From positions 13,508-77,507 of the forward strand of contig JADZEX010000048.1 of assembly GCA_020850355.1 (NCBI GenBank): DNA of 64,000 bases. Reading direction: 5' to 3'. A program made the position numbers and the translations under genes. Each line of letters starts with the position of its first letter. The stretch's first letter is position 1. This stretch comes from Fimbriimonadaceae bacterium. GTDB lineage: Bacteria > Armatimonadota > UBA10988. This document shows, in pieces, positions 46,341 through 57,000 of this stretch. Under the pieces are notes generated by a model. The model searched no databases, had not been told where the DNA came from, and was given only the letters and a program-made list of their open reading frames with translations.

Positions 46341-46385
46341 ATCGGCGGTTAACCGAGGGCTGCCACGCTGCCTGCGGAGACGGCG

Positions 46386-47786
46386 ATGTTCGCGTCGGGC
46401 TGGTTCGTCTGCTTGCTGACCCTGGCGCCTGCCGCGCCGACGTCCGGGACCGTGGTGCTGCGCGAGTCCTTCGACGGCCCGCTGCCGGCCGACTGGACCG
46501 TGACTGCCGGCCAGTGGACGGTCCGCGACGGCCGGCTGCACGGCCAGGCCACGGCCTATCTCTCCCGCGTCCTCTGCCCGACGGCAGCGCTGAGCGACGT
46601 CGCGGTTGAGGTCGATGCGGCCTTTGCCAGCGTCAAGAACAGCTCGCGCTGGCTGGCTCTGGTGACCCGCCAGGCGAGCGGGCAGTTCGCGCCGTTCACC
46701 TGCTTCACCCACCGCTTCGACCGCACCGCACCCAATGGCCTGGAGTTCAGTCAGGGCGCCGGCCCCGGACCGAGCGTCCAGTGGCGCATCATCGCCACCG
46801 GCGCGGCCGCGGTGCCGCCGGTGCTCGACCAGCCGCACCGCCTGCGGGTTGAGCTGCGCGAACGCTGGGCCTGGGGCTGGCTGGATGGCAACCTGGTGTT
46901 GCAGGCCCGGCTGCCCGAGGCTCAGAGCGGGCTGGTCGGCCTGGTCGTCAGCGACTGCAGCGCCTGGTTCGACAACCTGCTGGTCGAGGCCCTGCCGCCA
47001 CTGTCCGGCGACGAACTCGCGGCGCTGGAGCAGCGGCAGGAGGGCTCCGGGCTGCCGCTGGTGGTGGCTCACCGCGGCAACTCGGCGCACGCCCCCGAGA
47101 ACACGCTGGCCGCCATCGACGAGGCCTTCCGGGCCGGCGCCGACGTCGTCGAGATCGACCTGCGGCGCACCGCCGACGGGCATCTGGTGCTGTTTCACGA
47201 CAACACGCTGGAGCGCACCGCCGGCGGGCAGGGCAAGCCCGAGGACCACCCGCTCGCCGAGTTGCAGCAGCTCGACGCCGGCACCTGGAAGTCGGACCGT
47301 TACCGCGGCGAGCGGATCCCGACCTTCGTGGCTGCACTCGACCGGCTGCCGCCGCAGGGGCAGTACCTGCTGGACCTCAAAGCGACCGGCCTCGGTCCGC
47401 TGATCGCCCCACTGCTGCGCGAGCGCGGGCTGACTGACCGGGTGATTCTGGGGCCGTGGCAACCTCCGGAGGCTGCTGCCCTGCGGGCGCTGCTGCCCGA
47501 CACGCCGACCGTCCTGATTGGCAGCGCGCCGGGGGTGCTGGCCGCGGACTACTTCGCCGGGCTGCTGGCCCAGGGCGTGCGCGGCTTCAACTACGCCGCC
47601 GGCAGCCTGACCCCCGAGTTCGTCCGCGCGGCGACCCGGCGCGGCTTGCCGGTCTTCGCCTGGACCGTCAACGATCCCGCGGCGATGGTTCACCTGGCTC
47701 GGCTGGGCGTCACCGGCATCCTGACCGACGACCCGGCGCTGCTGCGACAAACCCTCGACGCCGAGCGCCGCCGCACCACGCCCTGA
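46386..47786 (+). CDS. secreted glycerophosphodiester phosphodiesterase with N-terminal DUF1080/LamG-like domain
   Basis: Signal peptide. FDGPLPADWTVTAGQWTVRDGRL is the DUF1080-like start. The GDPD core is VVAHRGNSAHAPENTLAA...EIDLRRTADGHLVLFHD. Confidence 0.85.
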   Translation: MFASGWFVCLLTLAPAAPTSGTVVLRESFDGPLPADWTVTAGQWTVRDGRLHGQATAYLSRVLCPTAALSDVAVEVDAAFASVKNSSRWLALVTRQASGQFAPFTCFTHRFDRTAPNGLEFSQGAGPGPSVQWRIIATGAAAVPPVLDQPHRLRVELRERWAWGWLDGNLVLQARLPEAQSGLVGLVVSDCSAWFDNLLVEALPPLSGDELAALEQRQEGSGLPLVVAHRGNSAHAPENTLAAIDEAFRAGADVVEIDLRRTADGHLVLFHDNTLERTAGGQGKPEDHPLAELQQLDAGTWKSDRYRGERIPTFVAALDRLPPQGQYLLDLKATGLGPLIAPLLRERGLTDRVILGPWQPPEAAALRALLPDTPTVLIGSAPGVLAADYFAGLLAQGVRGFNYAAGSLTPEFVRAATRRGLPVFAWTVNDPAAMVHLARLGVTGILTDDPALLRQTLDAERRRTTP

Positions 47787-47788
47787 CC

Positions 47789-47817
47789 TTGCGACGGCCC
47801 GGCGCGGTGGCTACAAT
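47789..47817 (+). promoter_or_regulatory. sigma70 promoter TTGCGA-N17-TACAAT for hicAB
   Basis: ccTTGCGAcggcccggcgcggtggcTACAATggc. ATG 47835 is only 17 nt after the -10 box, so the leader would be very short. Confidence 0.45.
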
Positions 47818-47834
47818 GGCAGTTGGGCGCGGGC

Positions 47835-48131
47835 ATGACGCAGCGGGACAAGCGCGAGCAGCGGCTGTGGGGCAGCGGGCGGAACATCACCGCGCCCGAG
47901 GCGGTTGCGATCCTCGAGGCTGCTGGCTTCGAGTGTCTGCTGTCGAACCATGGCCACTGGCGCTGCCGTCATGCCCGGACCGGGCTGGTGGTGGTGTTTC
48001 CGGCGGCGCACGGCCGGGAGAACAAACTGCTGGTGCCCTACGTGAAGGCGATTCGGCAGGCCCTCGTCGAGGTCCGGGCAACGCGGCCCGAAGGTCAGGA
48101 CAATGCTGGCAGCGACGACGACACAGCTTGA
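47835..48131 (+). CDS. hicA: HicA-family (YcfA-like) toxin
   Basis: AVAILEAAGFECLLSNHGHWRCRH...VVVFPAAHGRENKLLVPYVKAIRQAL is the HicA/YcfA dsRBD-like pattern with conserved His. It is followed by a HicB-like gene. Confidence 0.75.
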   Translation: MTQRDKREQRLWGSGRNITAPEAVAILEAAGFECLLSNHGHWRCRHARTGLVVVFPAAHGRENKLLVPYVKAIRQALVEVRATRPEGQDNAGSDDDTA

Positions 48132-48498
48132 GGTGCGGGACGAGCATGTCCAGGCGGCGCGGGACTACCCCTATCAGGTCGCTCGCGAGGACGACCTGTG
48201 GGTGGCCCGGGTGATCGGCGCCGAGCTGCCCTACCTGATCGGCGCTGGAGCATCGAGCCAGGCCGCCGTCGCGGCGCTGCAGGCCCACCTGGCAACCGAG
48301 CTGGCCGCGCGCGACCGCGAGGGTGCGGCGTGGCCGCGCATGGGGCTTGACGAGGGGCGCGAGGTGTTGCGAATCCCGGCGACCCTCCACGCCGCGCTTC
48401 AGCACCGCGCGACGGCTGAAGGGCGCGCCGCGCAGGAGACGCTCGTCGACCTGCTGACCGAAGCCCTGTCCCGGCCGCAGGCCCCGGCCAAGGACTGA
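48103..48498 (+). CDS. hicB: HicB-family antitoxin (HicB N-domain + RHH-like C-terminus)
   Basis: YPYQVAREDDLWVARVIGAELPYLIGAGASSQAAVAAL is a HicB-like fold start. The C-terminal RIPATLHAALQHRATAEGRAAQETLVDLLTEAL is ribbon-helix-helix-like. It overlaps hicA by 29 nt. Confidence 0.75.
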   Translation: MLAATTTQLEVRDEHVQAARDYPYQVAREDDLWVARVIGAELPYLIGAGASSQAAVAALQAHLATELAARDREGAAWPRMGLDEGREVLRIPATLHAALQHRATAEGRAAQETLVDLLTEALSRPQAPAKD

Positions 48499-48535
48499 CG
48501 CGCCGCTCGGCGAAGCCCGTGACGGGAGCTGCCCG

Positions 48536-49981
48536 ATGCCCGCCGCCGCGCTTTGCCTGCTGGCCCTCCTGGCCGACCCGCCCGCCAACGGCTGGGAGTT
48601 CCGCGTCACCGCTTACGGCGCGAAGGGCGATGCCACCACCGACGACACCGCCGCTTTTCAGGCGGCCGCCGACGCCGCCGGCGCGGTCGGCGGCGTGGTT
48701 CGCCTGGACCCCGTGGCACCGGGCGGTGGCTATGTCGTCAGCTCCACGGTGCGCCTGCCGCCCGGGGTCTCGCTGATTGGTGCGCCGAGTGGGATGCCGT
48801 TCTTTCTGTGGGAAGGCGTCCCCCGGGCGCAACAGCGCGGGGCGGTGATTCTGGCGCGGCCGCGGGCCGACCAGTACCAGGGCGAGAAGTCGCGCCCGCT
48901 GTTCGAACTGGGCGGCGGCAACCTGGTGCGGGGGGTCTACATCCTTTACGACGAGCAGCCCTGGCCGTCGGACGAGGAGGTACAGCGGGCCGCCAGCCCC
49001 TACCATTACGCCACCTTCGAGCAGTTCCGCGAACGCTTCGTCAACGACCATGCGCGGCGCTACGGGCCGACCTTCTGGGGCCGGCACGTGGCCGGGGTGA
49101 CCATCGAGGATGTCACCTGTCACGGCTACTGGGACTTCTGCGTCTTCCCGGCGGCGGGCAAGGTCTTCCTGGAGCGGATCTACCTGTACGGCTACGGCCG
49201 CGGCTTCGCGTTGCAGGAGGCGCGCGACACCGTCCGGATTCGTGGGATCCACCTGGTACCAAACGTCAGCACCGCCATCTCCTGGCAGCACGCCTGGCTG
49301 CAGGCGGCGATCGCCTGGCGGCCCGAGAACATCGCCTTCGACTTCGGGACGGTTGACGGCTACAGCGTCAGCGATGTGGTGGTCTTTGTCTGTCACACCG
49401 GCTTTCGCCTCGGCGCCGACGCCGCCCGGCCTTTCGGCGACCCGGTGACCGGCGGGCGCTACGTCCCCGAGTGGGGCCAGGCGCCCTGGGGCTCGCTCGA
49501 CAACATCAAGCTCGACAATGTGGTGGTCGGGTTTGAGTTGCTGAGCGGAACGATTCTGCCGAACCAGCTCCGCAACATCATGGTCCACGTCAGCCTGCCG
49601 ACCGCCACGCAGATCGCCACGGCCGGCGGCCCGGTGGCGCGGCAGGCGGCCTTTGTGATCGAGCCGGGCTTCGCCGGCGCCACGGCGCAGGTCAGCCAAC
49701 TGGCGATCAGCTCCTTCTCGCCCGACCGGGTCGCGAAGGGGGCGCAGATGGTCCACCAGGCCGGTGGCCGCGCCTTCCTGGCGGCCTGTCCGGGGATCGA
49801 CGAACGGCTGCACTATGCCGACCGGCGGCAGGCCGCCATCGCCGTCCAGGGGCTGGTGATCAGCAACCTCACCCCACCCTCGTTGTTCGCGGCGACGGCC
49901 GACAACCGCGCGGTGGTCGAGGTGCGCAGCTTCCGGCTGAACGGCGTCGGTCAGCCCGATGTCACGTGGGGCAGCCCATAG
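48536..49981 (+). CDS. secreted right-handed beta-helix protein (pectate-lyase-superfamily / GH28-related)
   Basis: The N-terminal VTAYGAKGDATTDDTAAFQAAADAA is the hallmark of Pectate_lyase_3-type beta-helix proteins. Confidence 0.8.
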   Translation: MPAAALCLLALLADPPANGWEFRVTAYGAKGDATTDDTAAFQAAADAAGAVGGVVRLDPVAPGGGYVVSSTVRLPPGVSLIGAPSGMPFFLWEGVPRAQQRGAVILARPRADQYQGEKSRPLFELGGGNLVRGVYILYDEQPWPSDEEVQRAASPYHYATFEQFRERFVNDHARRYGPTFWGRHVAGVTIEDVTCHGYWDFCVFPAAGKVFLERIYLYGYGRGFALQEARDTVRIRGIHLVPNVSTAISWQHAWLQAAIAWRPENIAFDFGTVDGYSVSDVVVFVCHTGFRLGADAARPFGDPVTGGRYVPEWGQAPWGSLDNIKLDNVVVGFELLSGTILPNQLRNIMVHVSLPTATQIATAGGPVARQAAFVIEPGFAGATAQVSQLAISSFSPDRVAKGAQMVHQAGGRAFLAACPGIDERLHYADRRQAAIAVQGLVISNLTPPSLFAATADNRAVVEVRSFRLNGVGQPDVTWGSP

Positions 49982-51278
49982 CCAAGGGGCCGCGCCAGCC
50001 GTCAATGCGGCTGGTGCCGCCGCAGCAGCAGAACATCTGGTTGGGCGGCATCTGCAGCTTCGGCTGCAAGCGCTCCCAAGCTTGCGGCTGCTCGGTGCAG
50101 AGGTTGACCGGCGTCCGCGGGCTGACCCGCCGCAGCTCGTCCAGGTACCACTCGTAGATGGCGCAGCGCACGTCCAGCGGAAACGGCGCGTGGTGCGCCC
50201 CGCGCATCTCGGCGGCGGCCTCGCGAGCGCGTTGCAGGCACCACGGGTCGAGGCGCTCGTCGCCAAACATCGCCTCGATCTCGTCGAGCTCCATCATCGA
50301 GACGACCCACAGCCGCACCACCTCGGGGTCGACGATCGAGAACATCAGCTCAATCGCCTCGGTCGTCTCGCGGCGCCAGTCGCGGATCGGGATGATCGGC
50401 GTGAAGCCGGCGCGCACGGTGTAGCCGGCTTCGGCGACGCGGCGCATCGACCGCAGCCGGTCGACCAGCGGGGGCGTGTTCCGCTCAATCTGCCGCGTCA
50501 CGGTGTCCATCGCCACGGTCCAGTTGCTCAGCACGTGGCGCTGGTAGTCGAACTCCAGCAAGTGGTCGAAGTTGTCGGACTTGGTGTAGAGCAGCAGCAA
50601 CTGGTCGGGCGAGCGGTTGAAGCAGTCGCCGAGCACCGCGGTGCCGCCGTACTCGGGTTCGAAGCAGATGCTGTCGCTGTACATGTCCCAGCGGTAGAGC
50701 TTCTGTTGCGGTCGCTCGGCGAACGTGCGGGTGAGCACATCGGCGACCCGCTCCAGGTCGCACTGCAGCGTGACGATGTGGCCGTCGCCGCAGTAGTCGC
50801 AGCGGTGCACGCAGCCGCACAAGGTGTGGACGCCCCAGCCGCCCTGGCAGACATACGAGCGCGAACCGGGGACAATCTCGCTGTCGAGGCCGCGCTTGCT
50901 GAACAGGAAGTCCTCGCCCTGGCCGCACAGCAGGCGGTAGGTGCGCTGGGCCATCGGGTGCTTGAAGCGCTGTTCGGGTCTGGCACGCCGGTCGGGGTCC
51001 CACTCGAAGGTGTTGAAGACCAGCACCGGGTCCTCGTCGCGCCGGTCGCGGCCCTGCCGAAAGCGGCCATGGCCGCCGCGGACGATGTCGTCGGTGGCGA
51101 TGGCGTCGGTGGCGTTGGCCACCTCGGCGACCTGCGCCATGTCGGTGTGGTCGATCACCGTGACGTCGGCCGGCGACTTGCCCATCGCGGCCAACATGCG
51201 CTCCATCCGCCGGACCGCCGCCGGCACCTCGAAGAGGCGCCGGTGCGCGAACAGTCCGCGGGGCTTCAGGTCGTACAT
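49962..51278 (-). CDS. radical SAM enzyme, spore-photoproduct-lyase (SplB)-like family
   Basis: CGCVHRCDYC contains the CxxxCxxC radical SAM triad. The overall layout resembles SPL-family proteins. Further Cys features are an upstream CQGG...C and a C-terminal FCCCGG. The start lies 13 bp after the GH116 stop. Confidence 0.7.
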   Translation of the reverse strand: MYDLKPRGLFAHRRLFEVPAAVRRMERMLAAMGKSPADVTVIDHTDMAQVAEVANATDAIATDDIVRGGHGRFRQGRDRRDEDPVLVFNTFEWDPDRRARPEQRFKHPMAQRTYRLLCGQGEDFLFSKRGLDSEIVPGSRSYVCQGGWGVHTLCGCVHRCDYCGDGHIVTLQCDLERVADVLTRTFAERPQQKLYRWDMYSDSICFEPEYGGTAVLGDCFNRSPDQLLLLYTKSDNFDHLLEFDYQRHVLSNWTVAMDTVTRQIERNTPPLVDRLRSMRRVAEAGYTVRAGFTPIIPIRDWRRETTEAIELMFSIVDPEVVRLWVVSMMELDEIEAMFGDERLDPWCLQRAREAAAEMRGAHHAPFPLDVRCAIYEWYLDELRRVSPRTPVNLCTEQPQAWERLQPKLQMPPNQMFCCCGGTSRIDGWRGPLAMGCPT

Positions 51279-51291
51279 CCGCTGCTACCTC

Positions 51292-53916
51292 TCAACGCCG
51301 CACAATCACCTTCAGCGGCCGCCGCGCCGTGGCGGTGGCCGGGCTCGGCAGCCGGATCTCGGCCGACCCGGCGGCGACCGTTGCGGTTACCGCCTGCCGC
51401 GCCGCGCCGCTGATCACCCAGACCTCGCGCTCGCCGTCGGCGCCGGGCACGGCCACGGTCAGGGCCTGCACGGTCAGGCTGCCGGCCGCCGGCTCGACCG
51501 TCACGGTCAGCCGCCGTGCGGTCAGCCGCTGCCGCAGCAGGCCCCAACTGCCGCCGACCGAGTAGAACACCGCGAAGTCCTGGGCGTTGATCCGGGGGGT
51601 CAGCGTCAGGTGCCCCGCGGCGCCGTGCCAGCGGAAGCCGGAGAGCGCCAGCAGCAGGCTGTAGCTGGCCATGGAACGGACATAATGGTGGCCGCACTCG
51701 ATCTCGTTCCAGGGATTGCGACGCTCGCCGGTGTAGCGTCCGCGGACCGCTTTGACGATGGCCAGGCCCTCGTCCAACAGGCCCTCGTAGATCAGGTGCG
51801 CGGCCACCTGGTACTCGATGCCCGACCAGCACTCGTCACCGTAGACCGTCGGGTCGCCGGGCCGTTCGCCCCGCGGCCAGGTGCAGAGGATCAGCCCCGC
51901 CTCGGCGCCGACGGCGTAGATCCGCATCGGGTTCGGGTGGTCGCTGAGGTCACCCTTGAAGTTGTGACGAACGATGGCCAGCAGCGCCGACTTGAGGTGC
52001 TCCGGCTGATAGAGCTTCCCGAGCCCCAGCATCTCGGCGTACCACTGCCCGATCAACTGGTCGGACAGGCAGCCCCGGCCGACCTGCCACTTCGGCCAGG
52101 TCGGGAAGACACTGTCGTAGCCGTTGGTGCCGATGCTGCGTTGCTGCCAGGGCTCGGGCCAGGCCCGCCAGGCCTCCGGCTCGACGCGCTGCTCGTAGTA
52201 CTCGCCGTTGAACAGCTCGGCATCGGTGGCGGCGGCGCCCCGCGCGGCGAGTTCGTCGTAGGTCTCCGCGACCGGATCGTCGAGCGCCCGGGCCATCGCC
52301 GCGGCGGCGCGCAGGGCGCCCAGGTAGAGGCTGCCCAGCATCGTGTTGGGGCCGTAATACTCGATATCGTAGGTGTTGTGCTGCATCCCCTCGAGCACAC
52401 CATCGCGGTCGGCGTCCCAGTACTTCCAGGCGAACTCCAGCGCCGCCCGGCAGCGCGGCCAGATCCCCCGCAGCCAGGCCGTGTCGCCGCTGATCAGCCA
52501 TTCGCGGTAGGTCTGCAGGATGGTGCCGAGCTGCCCGTCAGCCGCGGGGTGGAAGTTCGGCTCCGCCGGGGTCCCCAGCGGCAGCGGCATCCGGAACGTG
52601 ACGTAGCCATCGTCGCCCAGACTGTTGGCCCAGTCGGCCTCGCGCATCGAGCGCTGCAACTGCGGGAACAGGTAGGGTAGCGCCTGGGCGTAGTTCCAGA
52701 CGTGGGTGCAGCTTCCCTCACAGCAGCCGCTGCCATCGCTGCAGCCCTCGAAACCGTAGAAGGTGCCGTCGGGCAGCCGCATCACGGTGGGCGACTTGAG
52801 GATGCTGATCTGCGAACTGACGGCGTCGAGCACGCTGCCGGGGACGGTTGACGCGAACAGCGTGTCGCGGAAGCGCAGCGTCTCGCGTCGCAGGGCAGGC
52901 AGCTCGGCCGCGGTGACCTGGGCCACCTCCCAGGCGTCGTCCCACTGCGTGGCGTACCAGTTCAGCCAGGACGGCGTGCAGTCGCAACCGTCGCGCTCTT
53001 GCTTCGACCAGTGGCCCACCCGCGGGAAGTGCCAACTGATCAGCAGCGGCACCTCGACGCTGCCCCGCGGTGGGACCGCGACGGTCGCCACCAGGGTGCC
53101 GGTGTCGCTGTCGGGCTGCTCGCCCAGGTCGGGCGGGAACTCCTCCGCCAGGGCCGTCGCGCGCCAGTAATGGTCGAGCCACGAGAACCAGCGCTGGGTG
53201 CGCCAACGGGGCACCACCACGGCGCCGGGCACGGTCGTCGCCAGACACATCGTGCCCAGGCTGGGATCGTCGCCCGGGGCCTGCACCGTGCCCAGGCAGA
53301 GCCCGGTCAGGCCGTCGGCCTGCCGCGCCTCGTTGACCCGCTGGACCTGCTGCGGATCGCCAATCAAGTTGGTCAGGTTGCCGTAGACGGTGGCCGTCAA
53401 CGGCTGGTCGGTGCGGTTGCGCAGGCGGTAGACCAGGATGGCGACCGGCAGCCCGCTGCGCACGTCGTCGAGCGGGATGAACGGGTTGAAGGCCGTCAAC
53501 TCGACCGTCAGCGGCACCGCCGGATCGCGCAGCTTGACCGTCGCGACCGGGAAGCGGCCATCGAAGCTGACCTCCCGGAAGTGCGGCAGCCCTTGGCCGA
53601 CGTCATGGCCCAGGCTGTGACCGCCGACGGCGTAGCGCCCGCCGACCGGTCCTTGCAGCACTTTCGTGACGTCGACCCCAGCGCCGCGGCAGCGCAGCAT
53701 CACGAAGGACTGCGGCAGGTTGAAGTTCTTGGCCGGCCGGTTGCGGATCTCCCAGTCGCGGAGCTGCCCCCAGCCGCCGAGCGAGACGCAGCCGGTGCCC
53801 AGGCCGCCGAGCGGGAAGGCCACCTCATCGAGCTGCCGGCCGGTCAGCGGACCGGGCGGCGCCGGGTCGTACAGCTCGCGACGACTCCAGGGCCAGGGCG
53901 ACTTGGCGGCGGGCAT
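51292..53916 (-). CDS. GH116-family beta-glucosidase / glucosylceramidase-like enzyme
   Basis: ORF 51292..54264 trimmed to ATG 53916. FPLGGLGTGCVSLGGWGQLRDWEIRNRP (GH116 N-domain signature), with HNTYDIEYYGPN and ECWSGIEY in the (alpha/alpha)6 catalytic domain. Confidence 0.85.
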   Translation of the reverse strand: MPAAKSPWPWSRRELYDPAPPGPLTGRQLDEVAFPLGGLGTGCVSLGGWGQLRDWEIRNRPAKNFNLPQSFVMLRCRGAGVDVTKVLQGPVGGRYAVGGHSLGHDVGQGLPHFREVSFDGRFPVATVKLRDPAVPLTVELTAFNPFIPLDDVRSGLPVAILVYRLRNRTDQPLTATVYGNLTNLIGDPQQVQRVNEARQADGLTGLCLGTVQAPGDDPSLGTMCLATTVPGAVVVPRWRTQRWFSWLDHYWRATALAEEFPPDLGEQPDSDTGTLVATVAVPPRGSVEVPLLISWHFPRVGHWSKQERDGCDCTPSWLNWYATQWDDAWEVAQVTAAELPALRRETLRFRDTLFASTVPGSVLDAVSSQISILKSPTVMRLPDGTFYGFEGCSDGSGCCEGSCTHVWNYAQALPYLFPQLQRSMREADWANSLGDDGYVTFRMPLPLGTPAEPNFHPAADGQLGTILQTYREWLISGDTAWLRGIWPRCRAALEFAWKYWDADRDGVLEGMQHNTYDIEYYGPNTMLGSLYLGALRAAAAMARALDDPVAETYDELAARGAAATDAELFNGEYYEQRVEPEAWRAWPEPWQQRSIGTNGYDSVFPTWPKWQVGRGCLSDQLIGQWYAEMLGLGKLYQPEHLKSALLAIVRHNFKGDLSDHPNPMRIYAVGAEAGLILCTWPRGERPGDPTVYGDECWSGIEYQVAAHLIYEGLLDEGLAIVKAVRGRYTGERRNPWNEIECGHHYVRSMASYSLLLALSGFRWHGAAGHLTLTPRINAQDFAVFYSVGGSWGLLRQRLTARRLTVTVEPAAGSLTVQALTVAVPGADGEREVWVISGAARQAVTATVAAGSAEIRLPSPATATARRPLKVIVRR

Positions 53917-54022
53917 CCGGGACTCTCCCACGACACCGGCTTCGGCGCGGCGCGGCGGCTTCCTTTGCAGCGGCAGGAACCCACGGCGGGCTGCCGAACT
54001 GGGATGGCGCTCGGAGCAGCGC

Positions 54023-57000
54023 ATGATCCGCCGACTGGCCCCGCTCGCCGCCCTGCTGTCGATCCTCGGCTGTGCCACCGCGCAGACCGACCTCGAAGCG
54101 ACCTTCCGCAACCCACCGGCGTCGGCCCGGCCGCACACCTGGTGGCACTGGATGAGCGGCCACATCACCCGCGAGGGCCTCACCGCCGACCTCGAGGCGA
54201 TGGCCAAGGTCGGCCTGGGCGGGGCGCAGATGTTCGACGTCCAGCCGGGCGTCCCTGAGGGCAAGGTGCTCTACAACAGCGCCGAGTGGCGGGCGCTGAC
54301 GGTCCATGCCGTGAAGGAGGCGCAGCGCCTGGGAATCGAGCTGTGCATCCATAACTGCGCCGGCTGGTCGTCGAGTGGCGGTCCGTGGATGAAGCCCGAG
54401 CAAGGCATGCAGTGGGTCACCGTCAGCGAGACCCAGGTGACCGGCCCGAAGTCGCTGCGTGAGAAGCTGGCGCAGCCGCCGACGCGGCTGGAGACCTACC
54501 GCGACATCGCCGTGCTGGCTTTCCCGACGCCGCCGGCCGAGGTCAAGCGGCTAAGCGAGGCGCTGCCGGTGGCCACCTGCAGCACCCCGGGCACCGACCC
54601 CAAGCGGCTGCTCGACGGCCGCGCCGAGACGGCGGTCACCCTCTCGTCGCCCGCCGCCGGCAAACCGCAGTGGGTCACCATCGAGTGCGTCCAGCCGTTC
54701 ACGGCGCAGACCCTGACGCTGCGCGCCGGGCCGCAGCGCAGCGCACCGCGGGGCGAGCTGCAGGTCAGCGACGACGGCCAGGCCTGGCGCGCCGTGAAGC
54801 CGTTCAGCCTGCCCGGTCGCGGCGACCCGAACAACGTCGCGGTGACCTTCAACCCCACCACCGCCCGCTACTGGCGGCTGCTCTTTGCCACGCCGCTGCC
54901 GAGCGGCACGCGGCTGTCCGTTGGCGAGGTTGAGCTCTCCAACGCCCTGCGGCTCGACAACTGGTGGGACAAGGCCGGCTACGCCCGCCAGGACCGCCCG
55001 CGCCCCGACGCCCGCACCGCGACCTCGCCCGAGGCGGTGGTCGAGGTTGCCCGGCAGGTCGACCTGTCCGCCAAGATGGCCGCCGATGGGACGCTGACCT
55101 GGGACGTGCCCGCCGGGACCTGGACGATTCTGCGGGTCGGCTACAGCCCGAACGGTCGCAACAACCACCCCGTGCGGGACTCCGGCCGCGGCCTGGAGAG
55201 CGACAAGCTCAGCGCCGCGGCGACCGATGCGCACTTCGACGGGATGATGCTGCCGCTGATCCAAGCCTGCGGCCCGCTGGCGGGCAAGTCGCTGAACAAC
55301 TGCCTGATCGACAGTTACGAGGTGGGTGGCCAGAACTGGACTCCGCTGCTGCGGCAGGAGTTCACGAAGCGCCGCGGGTACGACCCGACGCCGTACCTGG
55401 CGACCTACACCGGCCGCGTGGTGACCGACATTCCGACCACCGAGCGGTTCCTCTGGGACCTCCGCAAGACCATCGCCGAGCTGCAGGCCGAGAACTACTT
55501 CGGCCGCTACGCCGAGCGTTGCCGCGAGTACGGTTTGCAGATGTCGATTGAGCCCTACGGCGACGGCAACTTCGACGAGCTGACGGCCGGGGTCTACGCC
55601 GACATCCCGATGACCGAGTTCTGGTCGCCCAACGGCGTGGCCTACGGCGGCGGTAAGCTGGCCTCGTCCATCGCCCACACCCAGGGCCGCACCTTTGTCG
55701 GCGCCGAGGCCTTCACCGCCAGCCAGGAGAACGGCCGCTGGCTGAACGACCCCTGGCAGATCAAGCCCCTCGGCGACGCGATGTGGGCGTCAGGGGTCAA
55801 CCGCTTCATCTTCCACCGCTACGCGCACCAGCCCTGGCTGAACCTCGAGCCCGGCATGACGATGGGCCCGTGGGGCTTCATGTTCGAGCGGACCATCACC
55901 TGGTGGGAGCAGGCCCCGGCCTGGACCGCCTACCTGGCTCGCGGGCAGGCCCTGTTGCAGGCCGGGCGGTTCGTTGGCGACCTGCTCTACTTCAGCGGCG
56001 ACGACAGCCCACAAGGGATGCCCGGCCAGAACCCGCCGCCGCCGCCGGGCTACGACTGGGACGCCGGCGACCTCACGGTGCTCAACCAACTGGTGGTCAA
56101 GGACGGCCGGCTCACGCTGCCCAGCGGCGCGGCCTATGAGGTGCTGATTCTGCCGCCGAGCGAGACCATGCTGCCCAGCACGCTGCGCCGCCTGGACGCG
56201 CTGGTGCGCGCCGGTGCGACGGTCGTCGGGCAGCGGCCGCGCCGCTCGCCGAGCCTGCAGGACCAGCCGGTCGCCGATCAGCAGATCACCGCCCTGGCCG
56301 ACAGCCTGTGGGGCCCGATCAACGGCACCACCGTCACACGGCACGCCGTCGGGGCGGGACAGGTGGTCTGGGGGCAACCGCTGGCCGAACTGCTGGCCGC
56401 CCGCGGGGTCGGACCGAGCCTGGTCTGGACCTCGCGCGGTGGGCCGAACCAGGTGCGCTGGATGCACCGTCGGGCGGGCAACGTCGACTACTGGTTCGTC
56501 GCCAACCTCTCGCGGCAGGTCGAAAGCGGGGAGCTGTCGCTGCGGGTCAGCGGCCGGCAGCCCGAGCTGTGGCAGGCGGTCGACGGCTCGGTCCGCGACG
56601 CGGCGCTGTGGCGCCAGGAGGCCGGGCGGACCGTCGTGACGCTGGCGCTGCAGCCGGCCGAGAGCCTGTTCGTGGTCTGCCGCCGCCCGCCCGCCGGGCT
56701 CGGGGCGCGCCAACTGACCTTCACCGCCAGCGGCACCACCACCACGCCGGCCCGGCCGGTGCGACAACTGGTGATCACCCGCGCCACCTACGGCGTGCTC
56801 AACGTGGCCGCCGAGGACTACCACGACGTCACGCAGCAGGTCGCCGCGGCGGTCAAGAACGACCGCCTGGAGCTGGCCGCCAGCAACGCCCTGGCCGGCG
56901 ACCCGGCGCCCAACGTGGTCAAGCAGATGCGGGTGCGCTACCGCTACGGCGGGCAAGAGCGGGTGCTGACGGTTGACGAGAATCAGACCGCGCGGCTGCC

